The position numbers were made by a program, and so were the translations under genes. A stretch of 64,000 nt of DNA. It comes from Vicugna vicugna (Eukaryota). The stretch spans positions 3,722,001 through 3,786,000 of the forward strand of contig MU058221.1 of assembly GCA_013265495.1 (NCBI GenBank), written 5' to 3'. The notes under the pieces were generated by a model. That model ran no database searches and was not told where the DNA came from. It saw only the letters and a list, made by a program, of their open reading frames with translations. Within the stretch, counting starts at the first letter, position 1. Each line of letters begins with the position of its first letter. Positions 1 to 12,089 of the stretch are shown piece by piece.

Positions 1-484
1 GAGATCCAGACACCCATCCATGGATCCTGGCCAACAGCAAGCCAGCTTGTATTAACGAGGTAGAAAAGAATTGGCAAGCCGGTCAGCACCAACATCTGAT
101 CATTCCATTCCAGCGTTGCCAGAGGCTGCTGGCTAATGATGACCTTCAGTGATGACCTTGATGATTGAAGGACATACCCTTCTCTAAAGGCTCTTTTCCT
201 TCCATCTCAGCTTGCCTTTAAAACTCAATTTTCTCCTTCCTCTTCTAAAAAATACTTCACTTTATAAGCATGATTTATTCACTGTTTACCAAATTTTCCT
301 GTACACTTTGCTTCAGCCAGTAACTGTGAATCTCTTTCTCCCCGTTTACCTACCTTTTAAGATGCAATTCGATCCTCATTTTTCCATGGTTCTTTTCCAG
401 GTTTTTCAGGCCACTTTAATTACTTTCCTCAGAAACAGACGGCGGTTCCAGGAACTGAACTGTTTTTTTTTCCCCCTGTATATT

Positions 485-620
485 TTATTCATTTATTCAA
501 AACTTATTTTTTAAAGGCCTGCAGAGTACCAGGCACTGATCTAGGCATACAGAAAACATCAATCGACAAATGAATTAGAGATCACTGTCTTTGTGGAGCT
601 TGCATTTTAGTGGGATTGGA
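485..620 (-). mobile_element. L2 3' end fragment
   Basis: cattTATTCA...ccaggcactgatctaggc...ggagcttgcattttagtggg is typical of an antisense L2 tail. Confidence 0.6.
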
Positions 621-1170
621 GACGTTTCCGCAAATTCACTATAAAATGCACAAACGAAAGGGCACATTGCATCTTTCTAAACCCCCTCCTCCTGCTTCTA
701 GTCCTTTGTAGTTCCCCAGATCATTGTTTTGAGCCTGATAAGGTATTGATTGATTTAAGAAAAAAACCTTTTTATGTAGCATAAATCTATAGTATACCTC
801 AATGTGATATTCTACATTTTCAAGCGGTCATTTCTTCCGTCCTTTAATTAGACACAGAGCGTTCTAACTAATCAGGCCCATACAGACTGATAATGGGCAC
901 ATTGCGGTTTTAAACTGCTCTCTGTCTAAACTGTCTTCCATGTTTCAGAAGAAACAATAAAGAGTCATCAATCAAGTAGAGGAACTAACTTCTCTGGTTT
1001 GCTTTCTTGCTGTTGAAGTCTAAATTGTCCCGTGCTAAAGCATCTAGCTCTCCAAGGAAAAGCAGTAGGAACTTTTTTTAAAAAAAAAAATGGAAAAACT
1101 GTGTTCTACCTCACTGGCTAATGTTTTTACTTGAAGGAAGCTATGCTGACATTTTTCAGAAAGTGTTTAC

Positions 1171-1224
1171 TTGCATTCGTCTTATCACACATGACAGATG
1201 GGTAAACACATCCTCCTGGGGTCT
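1171..1224 (-). pseudogene. Putative exon H (RPQEDVFTHLSCVIRRMQ)
   Basis: cgttttag|AGACCC...ATGCAA|gtaaac, open in phase 0; an alternative donor GAG|gtagaa would extend the exon to 1110. Confidence 0.45.
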
Positions 1225-1349
1225 CTAAAACGTGATTCAGATTCATAGTAGACTTAAATGTTACTTGCAAACAAGTTTATAAACTACAGTATATGGGAAA
1301 GCCTTCATTAAATCACAGACGTTTAAAAAATAGCTGTGTGGAGGACAAA

Positions 1350-1351
<2 letters not shown>

Positions 1352-1390
<39 letters not shown>

Positions 1391-1397
1391 ATATATA
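1352..1397. repeat. (CA)n(TA)n microsatellite
   Basis: Directly visible. Confidence 0.95.
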
Positions 1398-2357
1398 ATT
1401 AAATATTTGCTTTTGTGTGTTCAAAACAGGAGCTTTATAGATTACATAACCACGAAAAGCTTTCCAAATCATTTTACATTTTACATTTACAACCTCCCAT
1501 TGTCTAGCCATTGCCCCAAACCCACCCCAGATTTCCTAGCTGTGCATGAGATATGATTAAAAACATAAAATAGAATGATCATTTCTACTGTGTCTTAAAT
1601 GTAATTGGACCCTGCATTGGACAATGCTGTTTCTAGATGGAAAGTGATTGAGGAAGCCTGGTCACTTTCCAAAAAGCTCCTGGAGATTTCTTCCTTGAGG
1701 AGACTTAGCATTTTTCCCCTTGTGAAAAATATGACTTATGGAGCAAACAGTAGAAGTAGCTAAGTCATTATCAGATTTATATATTTATGTAAATACATGT
1801 GTATTTATATGCAAGCTACTGTTCATGAAAACAGAGAGGTCACATTATGTGAATATTATATGAAATACATATTATATTGATCTCAAGAGTTTACTTACTG
1901 TATCAAGTTCAAGTGTCACCCTTTTGGATATAGTTACTTATTTTTCCCTTTTACTCTTTTGCTTGTAAATAATTTTGAATATTTTAAACTTCTCAATATA
2001 TAACATTTTCAATTAATTCTAGACCAAAGCATTGCAGTTGTGTCTTCTCTGTATAAGGATATTTTCTGTCCCCAGGTTATTGGCAAACATTTAGTGAATG
2101 TCTTTAGGGATCTTGTGGTGACTGTCTCACTCGGGTGGCAATAATGCCTTCCATTGAGAAGCTCCAACAGCAAGAAGCAAATAACTGGCTTAAATGGGAA
2201 AAGTTCAGCCTGGAAATAGTTTACTATAATAAGTGCAATGTTTTTTGTTTTTGTTTTTTTAATTCAACTAATAATTTTAGTACGTTTTGTGAGAGGGTTA
2301 AACAAACTATTGAAAGACAGAAATTAATAGATACAGTTAAGGAAACACAAGCTCTAA

Positions 2358-2600
2358 CTGTTAGCTTCCTATTGTGACTGTAATAAATTACCACAAAGTT
2401 AGTAGCTTAAAATAACCGCAGTGTATTCTCTTACAGTTGGAAGGTCAGACGATAAAATGGAGCGGCAGGCTGCATTCCTTCTGAAAGCGCTAGGGGAGGA
2501 TCCATTTCTTTGCCTTTCCTGGATTCTGGAGACTTCCTTCATTTCTTGGCTCATGGTCCCATCGTCCATCTTCCAAGCCAGCACAGTAGCGTGTATGAAT
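2358..2600 (-). mobile_element. MaLR LTR fragment (MLT1-type)
   Basis: ttagcttcctattg...aattaccacaaa...tattctcttacagtt...tccatcttccaagccagca resembles MLT1. Confidence 0.75.
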
Positions 2601-2800
2601 CTTGTTTTCTGTGCTCCCATCATCTTAAGTGCAATGTTTGTCCTACAGACAAAGCTGGTAGCGTCTCAGAACTTGGTTTAGGGCATATACCCCGTGGTCA
2701 ACCTACGCTTGATTTGCTCCTTCAAAGAGGAGATGACCACAGTTACTAAGAGGATTGCGGGAAGTCAAGGATCCCCAGTGATCTTTATTCTCACTCTTAC

Positions 2801-3135
2801 CTTTTGTCTTCAGCAGATGTTTCCATGTCTAAAATATCAAGTTCACCGATAATCCAGCTCTCTGTAAGTTATAGCTCTCTTTCAGAAAATGGATAAAAGA
2901 CCCGCAGAGAGCTTGGACGGCAGAAGTCAGAGAGCTTCCCTTCAAAGTACATTTCATAGTTGATTTTGAAGACAAATATGATCCCCAAAATGTGTAGGAC
3001 AAAACCAACATATCCTCCATCTCCAGGCATTTTTTTTCAATCCTGTTCTGTGCACCCAGAGATCATGTCTACATGATGAACAAGAGCCACAGAAGGAGGC
3101 AACTGCAAGTCTAGCGAGATTACCCAGAAAGCCAG
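2801..3135 (-). pseudogene. Putative exon G (GFLGNLARLAVASFCGSCSSCRHDLW...CPTHFGDHICLQNQL*NVL*REAL*LLPSKLSAGLLSIF*KRAITYRELDYR...)
   Basis: cctgacag| acceptor and AAG|gtaaga donor; 335 nt, phase 1 in and phase 0 out; first ~59 codons open, then 7 TGA. Confidence 0.5.
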
Positions 3136-3486
3136 CTGTCAGGCAAGCAGGGAATGCTTGTATCGTTAACTAGATAATTTAACTTCCCTTCGTGCAGTGA
3201 CCATCACTAAGTTCTGATGTGAATCGAGAGTAAGTCACATAGCGATGCGTTAACACCGTTCGTGATTTGTCCCATTTCATTCTCTCACCCCGGGAGGCCG
3301 TCAATATCGCTCTCGCAATCTTGTGAATGAGAAAGCTGAGAAATGGAAAAATCTGTTCCAGGTGGACCCAGAGGACTTAGAGTCAAGAGTATTCGTTGTT
3401 TTCTGATTTTGGAGCCTAAACATGATCCATCACCTCTCAAAGAATATAGCACTATTTTTAGTTGAAAAGCAAGTTAAATACATAAC

Positions 3487-3636
3487 CATCATTTTGTCCT
3501 TTTGGAATTTTCCTTCTTCTCTTCCACACAGTTTTTCACACTTAGTTTAGTTGCCATAATCTTGTGGCTGAATACTTGGGTGAGCAGTGAGCAAAACTGG
3601 GGTCTAATGCACAAGTCGACTTCTAGCAAGCTCACT
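3487..3636 (-). pseudogene. Putative exon F (KSTCALDPSFAHCSPKYSATRLWQLN*V*KTVWKRRRKIPKGQND)
   Basis: tcttttattccccacaattaacag| acceptor and ATG|gttatg donor; 150 nt, phase 1 to 1. Confidence 0.5.
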
Positions 3637-4479
3637 CTGTTAATTGTGGGGAATAAAAGATGAGAATGTCCCAGAGCACCACTACATCCCTGACCTATTT
3701 GCAAGATGGAGAAAGGCATCAATGGGCATTTTATGTTGTTAGATGTCACCTGATGCAGCAAAATGAACTGTACATCTATCAAAAGTAACCCAGCCAGAGA
3801 GTTATAAATATAGGGGTACTTTTTTTCATATGAATGACATTTTAAAGATGGACAAAACATGATTTTAGCGTTGTAAAAGTCAAGCACAGTTGATATTCTT
3901 ACTTTGGATACGTGTTTTATGCATTTATATTTATATACATGACAACATTGTAGGCTGATCTCTAAGAAATATTTGTAAATGCTGACAATACATTTTTTCT
4001 GCTAATAATAGTCCATTTAAGTCACCAGAGGCAAGAGGCCCTGAAAATAATTAGGCCTCACATGATACGTTTCTTAAGAATTCAGAACACAGCCCTCTCC
4101 AATTGTCACTAAAGAGCCCAAGCAGACTGAACCGCTTGAGAATGATGGCAGACTGTATCACTTTGATAAATTATGGAAACTATTAACCATTCATAATTGG
4201 ATGTTACCTAGACAGTTTTATTAATTAATATTTGTAAATATATTTTATAATAATTCATTTTAATGGTCTTTCTAATTCAGCCAAAGATCGTATTTTAAAA
4301 GTGTCTCCCATATCAGTACCTGTTCTTCCCTGCATCATTTTTCTCTAACATCTATTATAAAAAATTAATCTTCATATGCTTTGTCAATTACCAACAATAA
4401 CATTTTATTACATCTTTATCTCTTTTCTCTGCAAATACACATACACACACTGGCATGCTCGCGCTCGCACACACACACA

Positions 4480-5900
4480 GATTTTAACCACTTGAAAGTA
4501 CGTTGTAGGCATTTATGATATTTTATTCCTGTAAAATGACATTCTCCTATAAAACCAAAATTATCACATTTAATAAATGTCACACTGAAATAGTCTTATC
4601 TAATATTGAGTTCGAATTAAAATTCCCCAAATGTGCAAGTAATGTTCTTTAGATCTGTTTGTGTTCAAGTCAGGATTTGGTCAACTGATACACATTTAGT
4701 TTTCAGATATACTTAATCTCATTTAATCTGCAACAGCCATTTCATCTTTGTTTGGTTTCTTTTATGGCACTGACATTTTTGCATAGTTCATTTCACTTGT
4801 CTGGTAAAATATCCCGCATTCTGGATTTGTCTGATGGCTTCCTTAGATTTAGATTAAACGTTGCTGTCAGCACTGCTTCAGAGGTGACGCTGTGTGTGTC
4901 CCATCACGTTACATCAGGAGCCCCTGTGAAGTCCCGTTATCCCATTATTGGTGATGCTGACGTGGAGTGGTTGGTGATGTCCTCCAGGTTTCTCTGTTCT
5001 AGAGGCAATTCTGCAAAGTTAATTTATAAGTGATTTGGAAGGTAATGTTTCAGACCGATGTCTACCCGGTTTTCCCACAATATCCCGTAAGCACTTTCTG
5101 TGTCCACTCGTAGTCTTTGCCTGAGTAAAGTATTGCGGCAGTAGTTGTAAAATTGCAACTTTTAATTCTATCATTCCTTTCACACACATTAATTAACACT
5201 CTTCTCTAATTAAGTGCCATTTTTGTTAACATATTGCTATGGATCAATGAGTTTATTTTGACTCAATGTATTAAAATCTATTACTGTAGTTATTCTTTTT
5301 TAATGTTCAAATTGTTCCAAGTTTTGCCAGTGAAAGCCCCTTTGAGCTGACTGCTCTGTTCTTCCGGCACGTCGCCTCCAGTCCTTGGACCTTTCTCACC
5401 TTCTGACACAACAAACTGTGTTAGGATCCCACCGTACTTTCTCTGACCCATACACGTTGTGACCCTGGCTCTTTTTACTGGGCAGTAGTATTTAGAAATG
5501 AAGACATGAAAACTAAGCATGGTAATTGCAAAGGTGGCAAAGGCCACTGTCTCTAAGACTCGTGGGGGAACAGAGCTGTGAAATAACTTTGTAAGGATAT
5601 CGTCAACTTAATGCTGATACTTCTAATTCAAATCTAACAGTGTTCTCAACCACCCTCATTCCAAATCTGTATCTCATTTCTCTCGGAGAGAAACCCAGAA
5701 ACATTTGTGTGTTTACTTCTTTTCTGTCTTTTAATACGCACATATTGGTACAGAATTACTATGTCAGTATCACTACGAAAAGCAAATTAATGAATCAAAG
5801 TTCAGCTCTCTTGTACTACTGTTTGTCCCTAGAATATATCCCATTTAGGATGTCAGGTTAAACATCCTGCACTGAAGAGTTTGCCGGATTAATTCTATTG
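4480..5900 (-). mobile_element. Old L1 (L1MC-like) 3' region
   Basis: gacattctccta...attccccaaatgt...gttccaagttttgccagtg are L1MC 3' UTR-like motifs. Confidence 0.6.
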
Positions 5901-6532
5901 ATTTCTATTTGGTTATTTTAATTTAATTTCAGTTTCAGTGTTTTTTTGTTTTTTTTGAAAATGTATAAAATTTACAAGGTTCAAAAATCAAACTTTTGGA
6001 AGAAAATTATACTCAGAGAAGATTCACTTACCTCCATCTCTTCTACATTTTTTTAACCTGTTCCATAAAGGAGGCTCTCTCCACGGTTTCTGTTTTCTCC
6101 TTTCCACGGTTCCCTTTCATAAAAAAAATCATTTATATGCGTACCTTTCTTTACGCAAAAGATGATGCGAGCTATTTTTACTGTCTCTATCTTCTTTTGC
6201 ACCTCAATTTTTCATGTTCTTAAAAATATTTCCCGTAAATTGTTGCATTACGGCTAATAGAGAGGAAGTCTTCATCCTTGTGTGTGGGTATACAGTGCTT
6301 CACGGTTTGGATGTACAGCTCTTTACCCAACCAGTCGTCTTTGAATGAATATGCTTGTAAAACTTATATTTCAAATGGCCAATGTATCTGTAGCCCCGCC
6401 CTAATCCTAATATTTGTAAGATATTTTAATAAAATATATCAAACCATAGCATGCCCCTTCCTATATTCTTAATATGTTCACCACTTATATACTCTTGATT
6501 AATGACAATTGCTAAAAACTCAAGTATCTTAC

Positions 6533-6618
6533 TGGTGCTGCTGTATCTACTATAACTAGAACCCCTGTTCTGTGCTTTGTGTTGCTGAAGATCATTATGT
6601 TTTTTCTCTGGCTCCTTA
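6533..6618 (-). pseudogene. Putative exon E (KEPEKKHNDLQQHKAQNRGSSYSRYSST)
   Basis: cttttaatag| acceptor and CCA|gtaaga donor; 86 nt, open, phase 2 to 1. Confidence 0.5.
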
Positions 6619-7149
6619 CTATTAAAAGCCTAGCTTCAGATAGACTGAGTTACTTAAGTCTCCCATCCTGTCTATGGTGAGATTATAGTGTTTCCTTATT
6701 TAAATAACAAACACTGAGGTTTCGAAGGGTTAATCACCTTGACCAAGGTCACCCAGTTTATAATTGGTGAGTCTATGACTTGCTCATGTGTCTTTCTGAC
6801 TTAAACTATCGCTTTATTAACTACTGTGCTGTGTTAACAAGAATGCATTATTTCTCAGAGAAGTTTGGAGTCTAAGTGTATGACTGTGTCAACATAATTA
6901 AGTCATCCTTTTCTGTTCAACTTTGAAAGAAGAAAGTATCAAAAAAGAGAGACGAGATTATAGAAAAGTAAACGAGCAGAGGAAAAGGAGTGTAATCCCC
7001 TCGCTTTCAGAAACAACCTGCAATTTGAAATTTCCTTTTCCCTCTAATTCTTGAAAGCCTTTTATCTCTCTTGAATTCATATTTAATCCTACATTTAAAA
7101 GGTAGAAAGAAACATGAAAAGGGCGTCTGGAGAAGACCTGGCTGCAGGA

Positions 7150-8430
7150 CTAACCTCCTCATTTGCTTGCTTCTTCACTTGACTCCCTCATTCTATTAAC
7201 CACGCAACAGTCAGGGAGGTCTCTTAAAATATATAGATAAGATTTCAGAACATCAAGCTGACAGCTCTCCAACTGTCCTTATTTTATTTAGAGTAAAAGC
7301 CAGGCACCTGCCTTGCCCTGTCTGGACCTCCACAATGAGGTCTTTTGTCCACCTTGACAATTTCCCAACCTGTATCCTTCAAAAGCCCTTTCATCCTTCT
7401 GCTCCACACTCATGGCTTGTTTCCCAAACACACCAGGCTCATTCTTGTCTCCAGGCATTTACCCTGGCTAGTCCCTTCTCTTGGAATGGTCCAAATTTTA
7501 AGGCAGATCTCATCTTTCTTTCTTTCTTTTTCTTTTTTTTAAATCATCTATCCCTCTTTCTATTACAGCCATTATAGTGGATGACAAGAGTATCTTATTA
7601 CAGTTTTGATTTGCATTTCCAAACGGTTAATTATGTTTGAGCACCATTTTGTGGGCTCATTGGCCATGTATATTACTCCTTTGAAGAACAGTCTATTCAT
7701 ATCTTTTGCCCCATTTATTTTTAATTATTGTTGAATGTAAATGCTTGTTATATATTATGGACACTAGGTTTTATTCAGATATACGATTTGCAAATATTTT
7801 TCCCATTTCGTGTGCTGCCTTTTCAGTTTCTTTTTGTGGGGGGATCAAATTGGCTTTATTTGTGAATCAGACATCATCTCTTCTAGCAAACAGAAAGGAG
7901 CCCAGCTGAGCTGTTAAAAAGGAAAGGTTTCTAAAGGCAGAAAGGGGGCGGAAAAAGGAAATTGTTAGCAAAGAATGCATTATTTCAGACAAGGTTGCCT
8001 CCTTAAGGGAAACAAAAGGGCCTATTGGGCAGATAACCTCAGGGCTGACGAGGTAATTCCAGGTTGATTTGGTACCTCTTGTTTCTTTTCTTTTCTTTTT
8101 TTTTCCAGATCTCATCTTTCATATCATTATTGCTCCAATATCATCTTTGCCAAGAGAAGTTCCTTGACTACCGTCTCTAAAGTTGCTTTCTTCCTTCACT
8201 TCTCCATGATATGCTGTCACTTACTTTGCCTTATTTTTCTCCGTGGCACATCTCAGTCTCTGAAATTACATGATTTATTATTACTGTTGTATTCATTTAG
8301 TATCCACCCCCTCTACTTCTCCAAAAAAGGCAAGGGCTTGTTCCTATGATCATTTATTATCGCCTTATGAGCATCTACAACAGTACCTGAAATAGGTAAA
8401 TACATATTTATTTGAATGAATGAATGAATG
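7150..8430 (+). mobile_element. L2 fragments ending in a (TGAA)n tail, interrupted by an antisense L1 piece (~7540-7830) and an LTR-like piece (~7830-8080)
   Basis: L2 tail atttatttgaatgaatgaatga at ~8405-8430; L1 motif ttgatttgcatttcc at ~7607. Confidence 0.65.
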
Positions 8431-8481
8431 AGAAAAAAATCAATCCCAGATTTGTAAGTAAAACTAAGTGTATAGACTTGC

Positions 8482-8538
8482 TTCTGTTTGAACCCCGATG
8501 AAGGATTTATATTTGGGAGAGTTTTCATGTACTGTACT
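8482..8538 (-). pseudogene. Putative exon D (VQYMKTLPNINPSSGFKQ)
   Basis: ctcatattcaacag| acceptor and GAA|gcaagt GC-type (or decayed GT) donor; 57 nt, open, phase 2 to 2. Confidence 0.4.
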
Positions 8539-8575
8539 CTGTTGAATATGAGGGGTACATAGGAAGTGCCCCTTC

Positions 8576-9153
8576 TGTTAGGCAGGTGGGTAGAGATGAA
8601 CACTGGGCAAGGGGAGAGGAAGGGGGAGGGAGCAACCCAGAAAACAATAGTACACCGGCGCTCAGGATAAGGGGCTCCAAAAACTTTCCCTTTCTCTAAA
8701 CGAGGGCCAGCAAAGAAGCCAGCTAGGATCCAATGCTGCAGCTGCGCAGTAGCGATGAGGACCCGGCTTAACTCAACCCAGTGCTCAATAGGATGTAATT
8801 AACGTTGCAGTTGGAGCCCCCTCCTGCAGGTTCCTCTGCGTGCATCATGGGTAAGGGCCTGCACGAAAGAGATGGGCGAGCCTGGCCACAAAGGATGTGA
8901 GCTGTCAGTCAGTCAGTCACAGAAACACCCCCTAAGCCAGGATATACGAACAGAAGAAACCAAGGCAGGGCCCCAGTTTTCCTCTCCTGGGTCAGCCCCC
9001 CCAGTTCCCAGGGGTGGACTGTATTTTACTGCCTTTTCACTTTACTAATAAAATCTTCTGTTTATATCATGCTTTCTGTCTCTCATTAAAAGTTCTTTTT
9101 TTTTTCAGGTGACTAAGACCGAGGTGACTTTTATTCCTCTCCTCGCAGTGACA
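8576..9153 (+). mobile_element. ERV solo LTR
   Basis: TG...CA termini, AATAAA at ~9046, U5-like ttgtctctcattaaaagttctttt; TSD not clear. Confidence 0.7.
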
Positions 9154-9193
9154 TTTTGATAATCTATCAGTCCCACTTTCCTGAAGCTCACAC

Positions 9194-9367
9194 CTCAGTT
9201 TACAGATAGGCTGAGAATTAATGATTGTCTTCAAAATCCAGAGGAAATGAGCAGGTCACTCCCTGGTCCTAGAACTTCCCCGGCTGCCCGGAGCCTTGTA
9301 GGAGAATGCACACTTCTTTAATGACAAATCAAATGCTCCTGTTTAATGACCTTCATTCCAAATCTGT
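9194..9367 (-). pseudogene. Putative exon C (QIWNEGH*TGAFDLSLKKCAFSYKAPGSRG...WILKTIINSQPICKL)
   Basis: tgttttaag| acceptor and GAG|gtgtga donor; 174 nt, phase 2 to 2, two stops. Confidence 0.4.
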
Positions 9368-9460
9368 CTTAAAACATGCAAGATTCTGTTTTCTAATCAC
9401 ATGCAAGTTGAGGACAGAAACTAAGAGCCTAAGTATTTTTCTCCTTTAAAATCCTTTTTT

Positions 9461-9716
9461 TTTTAACTTTTTTTATTGAGTTACAGTCATTTTACAATAT
9501 GTCAAATTTCCAGCGTAGAGCACAATTTTTCAGTTATACGTGAACATACATACATTCATTGTCACATTCTTTTTCGCTGTGAGCCACCATAAGATCCTGT
9601 ATATATTTCCCTTAGCTACACGGTACAATCTTGTTTATCTAGTCTACATTTTGAACTCCTAGTCTGTCCCTTTCCAACCCCCCGTCCCCCTGGCAACCAC
9701 AAGTTTGCATTCTATG
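9461..9716 (-). mobile_element. Young camelid-type L1 3' end
   Basis: Poly(T) head; TSD taaaatcctttttt at 9447-9460 and 9717-9730. Confidence 0.9.
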
Positions 9717-10141
9717 TAAAATCCTTTTTTATCTCACTTCCCCCAACTAATGCTGTGGAAATAACTTAGTCAAACCTCAATAGTAATGAAATGAAAAAAA
9801 AAAATAATGAATGAAAATGAAAAATTTAATGAATGAAGAGGTAACCTATGGAGACAGAAATGTTATTTCATAAAACTCACAGCACTGAAAACAATTATAA
9901 AAAATAAATATTCAAATAGACATTTGTCACATTTTTAAAGCTTAAAAGGTCTGCTAGAATAAACTGTACTTTCAAGGCTTAACAGACAGTTGTATTTCAT
10001 TTGACATTCCTGAACCACCTCTATCTCTGTGTCATCAGTGAAATGCATCACTAGTGAGACTGAATAAATGAAGACTCTTAGAAGTATTTTTCTAAATTAA
10101 AATCTCTCAATAAATTCTATCCACTATCATCCTGTAACTAC

Positions 10142-10238
10142 CTTCACAGTCCAGGTTATTTAACTGACCGTAAACTGGTCAGTTCCCTTTTCCAACTTTC
10201 TCGACTCTATTCTTTACACTTGAATTACATTTTTTTCC
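10142..10238 (-). pseudogene. Putative exon B (EKNVIQV*RIESRKLEK/ELTSLRSVK*PGL*)
   Basis: gtttttag| acceptor and AAG|gtagtt donor; 97 nt; needs one +1 frameshift (AAGGGAA) to keep phase. Confidence 0.45.
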
Positions 10239-10593
10239 CTAAAAACTTTTGTTACATGATTTTCCAGATCAAAAATGCAAAGTCGTTGTATTGACTTACG
10301 ATTCAATGGATGCCGCTCTGTTAGTGAAGGCAGTTGTGACTTCAGAAAGAGGCAAACTACAACATGTGAACGGCCGAACACAATGAATTTTTTTTTCTCA
10401 CACAGCTGTTCAATATGAATAATTCTGATTGGATGTCTTTCCTCCAAGTTATGGTTTAGACTCTGTCCACCTAGTGGCTCCATCCTCTTCAGTCCGGAGC
10501 TCCTGAGTTTACTCTGTGCTGGGGGACGGGGTGTGTGTCTACATTTTATTTACTCGGTGGAAAATAAGTGGGCTGATGTACAGGAGGTTTTAA

Positions 10594-11213
10594 GGAGACG
10601 GGATGAAAGGGGGCAAGGCACAGACATTCAAGGATGCTACAGCAGTTAGCATTAAGGTGAAAGATTCAACCCCCAGGAGGCCTTGAGGCTCAAGATGATG
10701 GGAGATTTAACTTCTAGTAGGTCTTGAGCTTCATTATATGCTTATTGTAATGTATTAACATGGTGAATAACACGCCCACAGGCACCAGGGCAGTCCCAAG
10801 GCCACCAAAGGTCAAAGAGTGGGAAATGGCCAACTTCCTGGGAACCCCAGCCCCTTCCCCAGGCTGGTTAGACTGGTCCTTCCACTTATTAGCTTATGAA
10901 GCCACCAAGCCTGTAAAAACTGGCAACACTTAAAATAACTGCCCCTCTCTCTCCCTCTTCGGAGGCAGCCCGCACTCTGTCTATGGAGTGTGTACCTACT
11001 TTTAATCTGAGCACCCAAACCCCACACCTTGTGGCCTTTCTCTCGCCTTTCAAAGTATCTCTCTGAATAAATCTACCTTCACTCAACTGGGGCTCGCTCT
11101 TGAGTTCTTTCCTGCACGAAGCCAAGGCCACGCTTGGCGGGGCACGTCCCAGGGGCTCACCCGAGACCTGGGACACGGCCCTTCTCACGCCCCACATCCG
11201 TTTCCCTGCAACA
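10594..11213 (+). mobile_element. ERV1 solo LTR (MER41-like) nested in an MLT1 element
   Basis: actctgtctatggagt motif, AATAAA, ends ...gcaaCA; TTAA TSD at 10590-10593 and 11214-11217; MLT1-like sequence on both flanks (~10330-10590 and 11218-11350). Confidence 0.85.
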
Positions 11214-11798
11214 TTAAGACTCCAGGCTTGGAAATGGTGACTATTGTTTCTGTCATATTCTTTTAATCAAAACTTGGTCACACACCATCCGTAACTGCCA
11301 TGGAGGCTTCAGCATACAGCTAGTTCTTTGGCAAGGAAGATGAAAAGAAATGGCGATCACTGTGTTAGCTGTACTTACCCCGCATTTCAGGCTGTTGGGG
11401 CTCTCCAGTGTGCCTTGAAAATAGACCTGCTCCCTGGACGGGATTTTCCATGTTTATCGCAGTGTCCAAATCAGGTTCGAAAACTATTGTTTAAATTCTA
11501 TGAACCATTCCAGATGTTTCCACTGTAGTCCCATTTTTGCTTAGGTATGCCCAAACCGGCACAAATTCTTTCATTTTTGCCAAAACTCTTCACTAATATG
11601 CTCTTTCTGTCATTCTCTCGATTTTTTCCAGCTCAAAATTAAAAGCATTTCTAACTATTCAGTTAGATAAATCTCCTCTCAAACAGATGTTACGTATTCG
11701 CTTCTCCATATTGCCTTTGAGATCATTCCTGAGTCCTCCCAAAACTTCAAATGCAAATACCTTTTAGTTTTTTTCTAATATAAGCATGAGTGACTCAC

Positions 11799-12028
11799 CT
11801 CCAAACATCCTTTTGTGAGCGTTTGCTATTCTCATATTTACGTTCAGATTCAGTATTTATTGAGTTTCAGTTAATTTCTAGTCGTTGTTCTAATGCTGTG
11901 TATTTTCCAGAGCACTTAGATGAATTTTTACTTTTTAATTTAGTTCCACCTGCCAAGTATAATTGCTTGTTTTTTTTCTTCAAGGACTTTATCAGATGAT
12001 TGATGATGATTTTTTTTCTGTGTCTTCT
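11799..12028 (-). pseudogene. Putative exon A (...KYTALEQRLEIN*NSINTESERKYENSKRSQKDVW)
   Basis: Long pyrimidine tract then atacag| acceptor; strong GAG|gtgagt donor; 230 nt with a single in-frame TGA; charged, coiled-coil-like composition. Confidence 0.55.
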
Positions 12029-12089
12029 CTGTATCAGGGATTGGTGTTTGAAGAGTGAAGAGGGAGAAAAAGAAGTATAAACAGATCTT

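Noticed and set aside
2801..3135. Cluster of in-frame TGA codons as a multi-selenocysteine ORF
   Set aside because: The same frame also has TAA/TAG stops and a frameshift in other exons; CpG decay or frame ambiguity explains it, and no SECIS was recognised.
3489..3887. 132-aa minus-strand ORF
   Set aside because: Runs through an acceptor site in a different frame from the phase-consistent exon; no recognisable homology.
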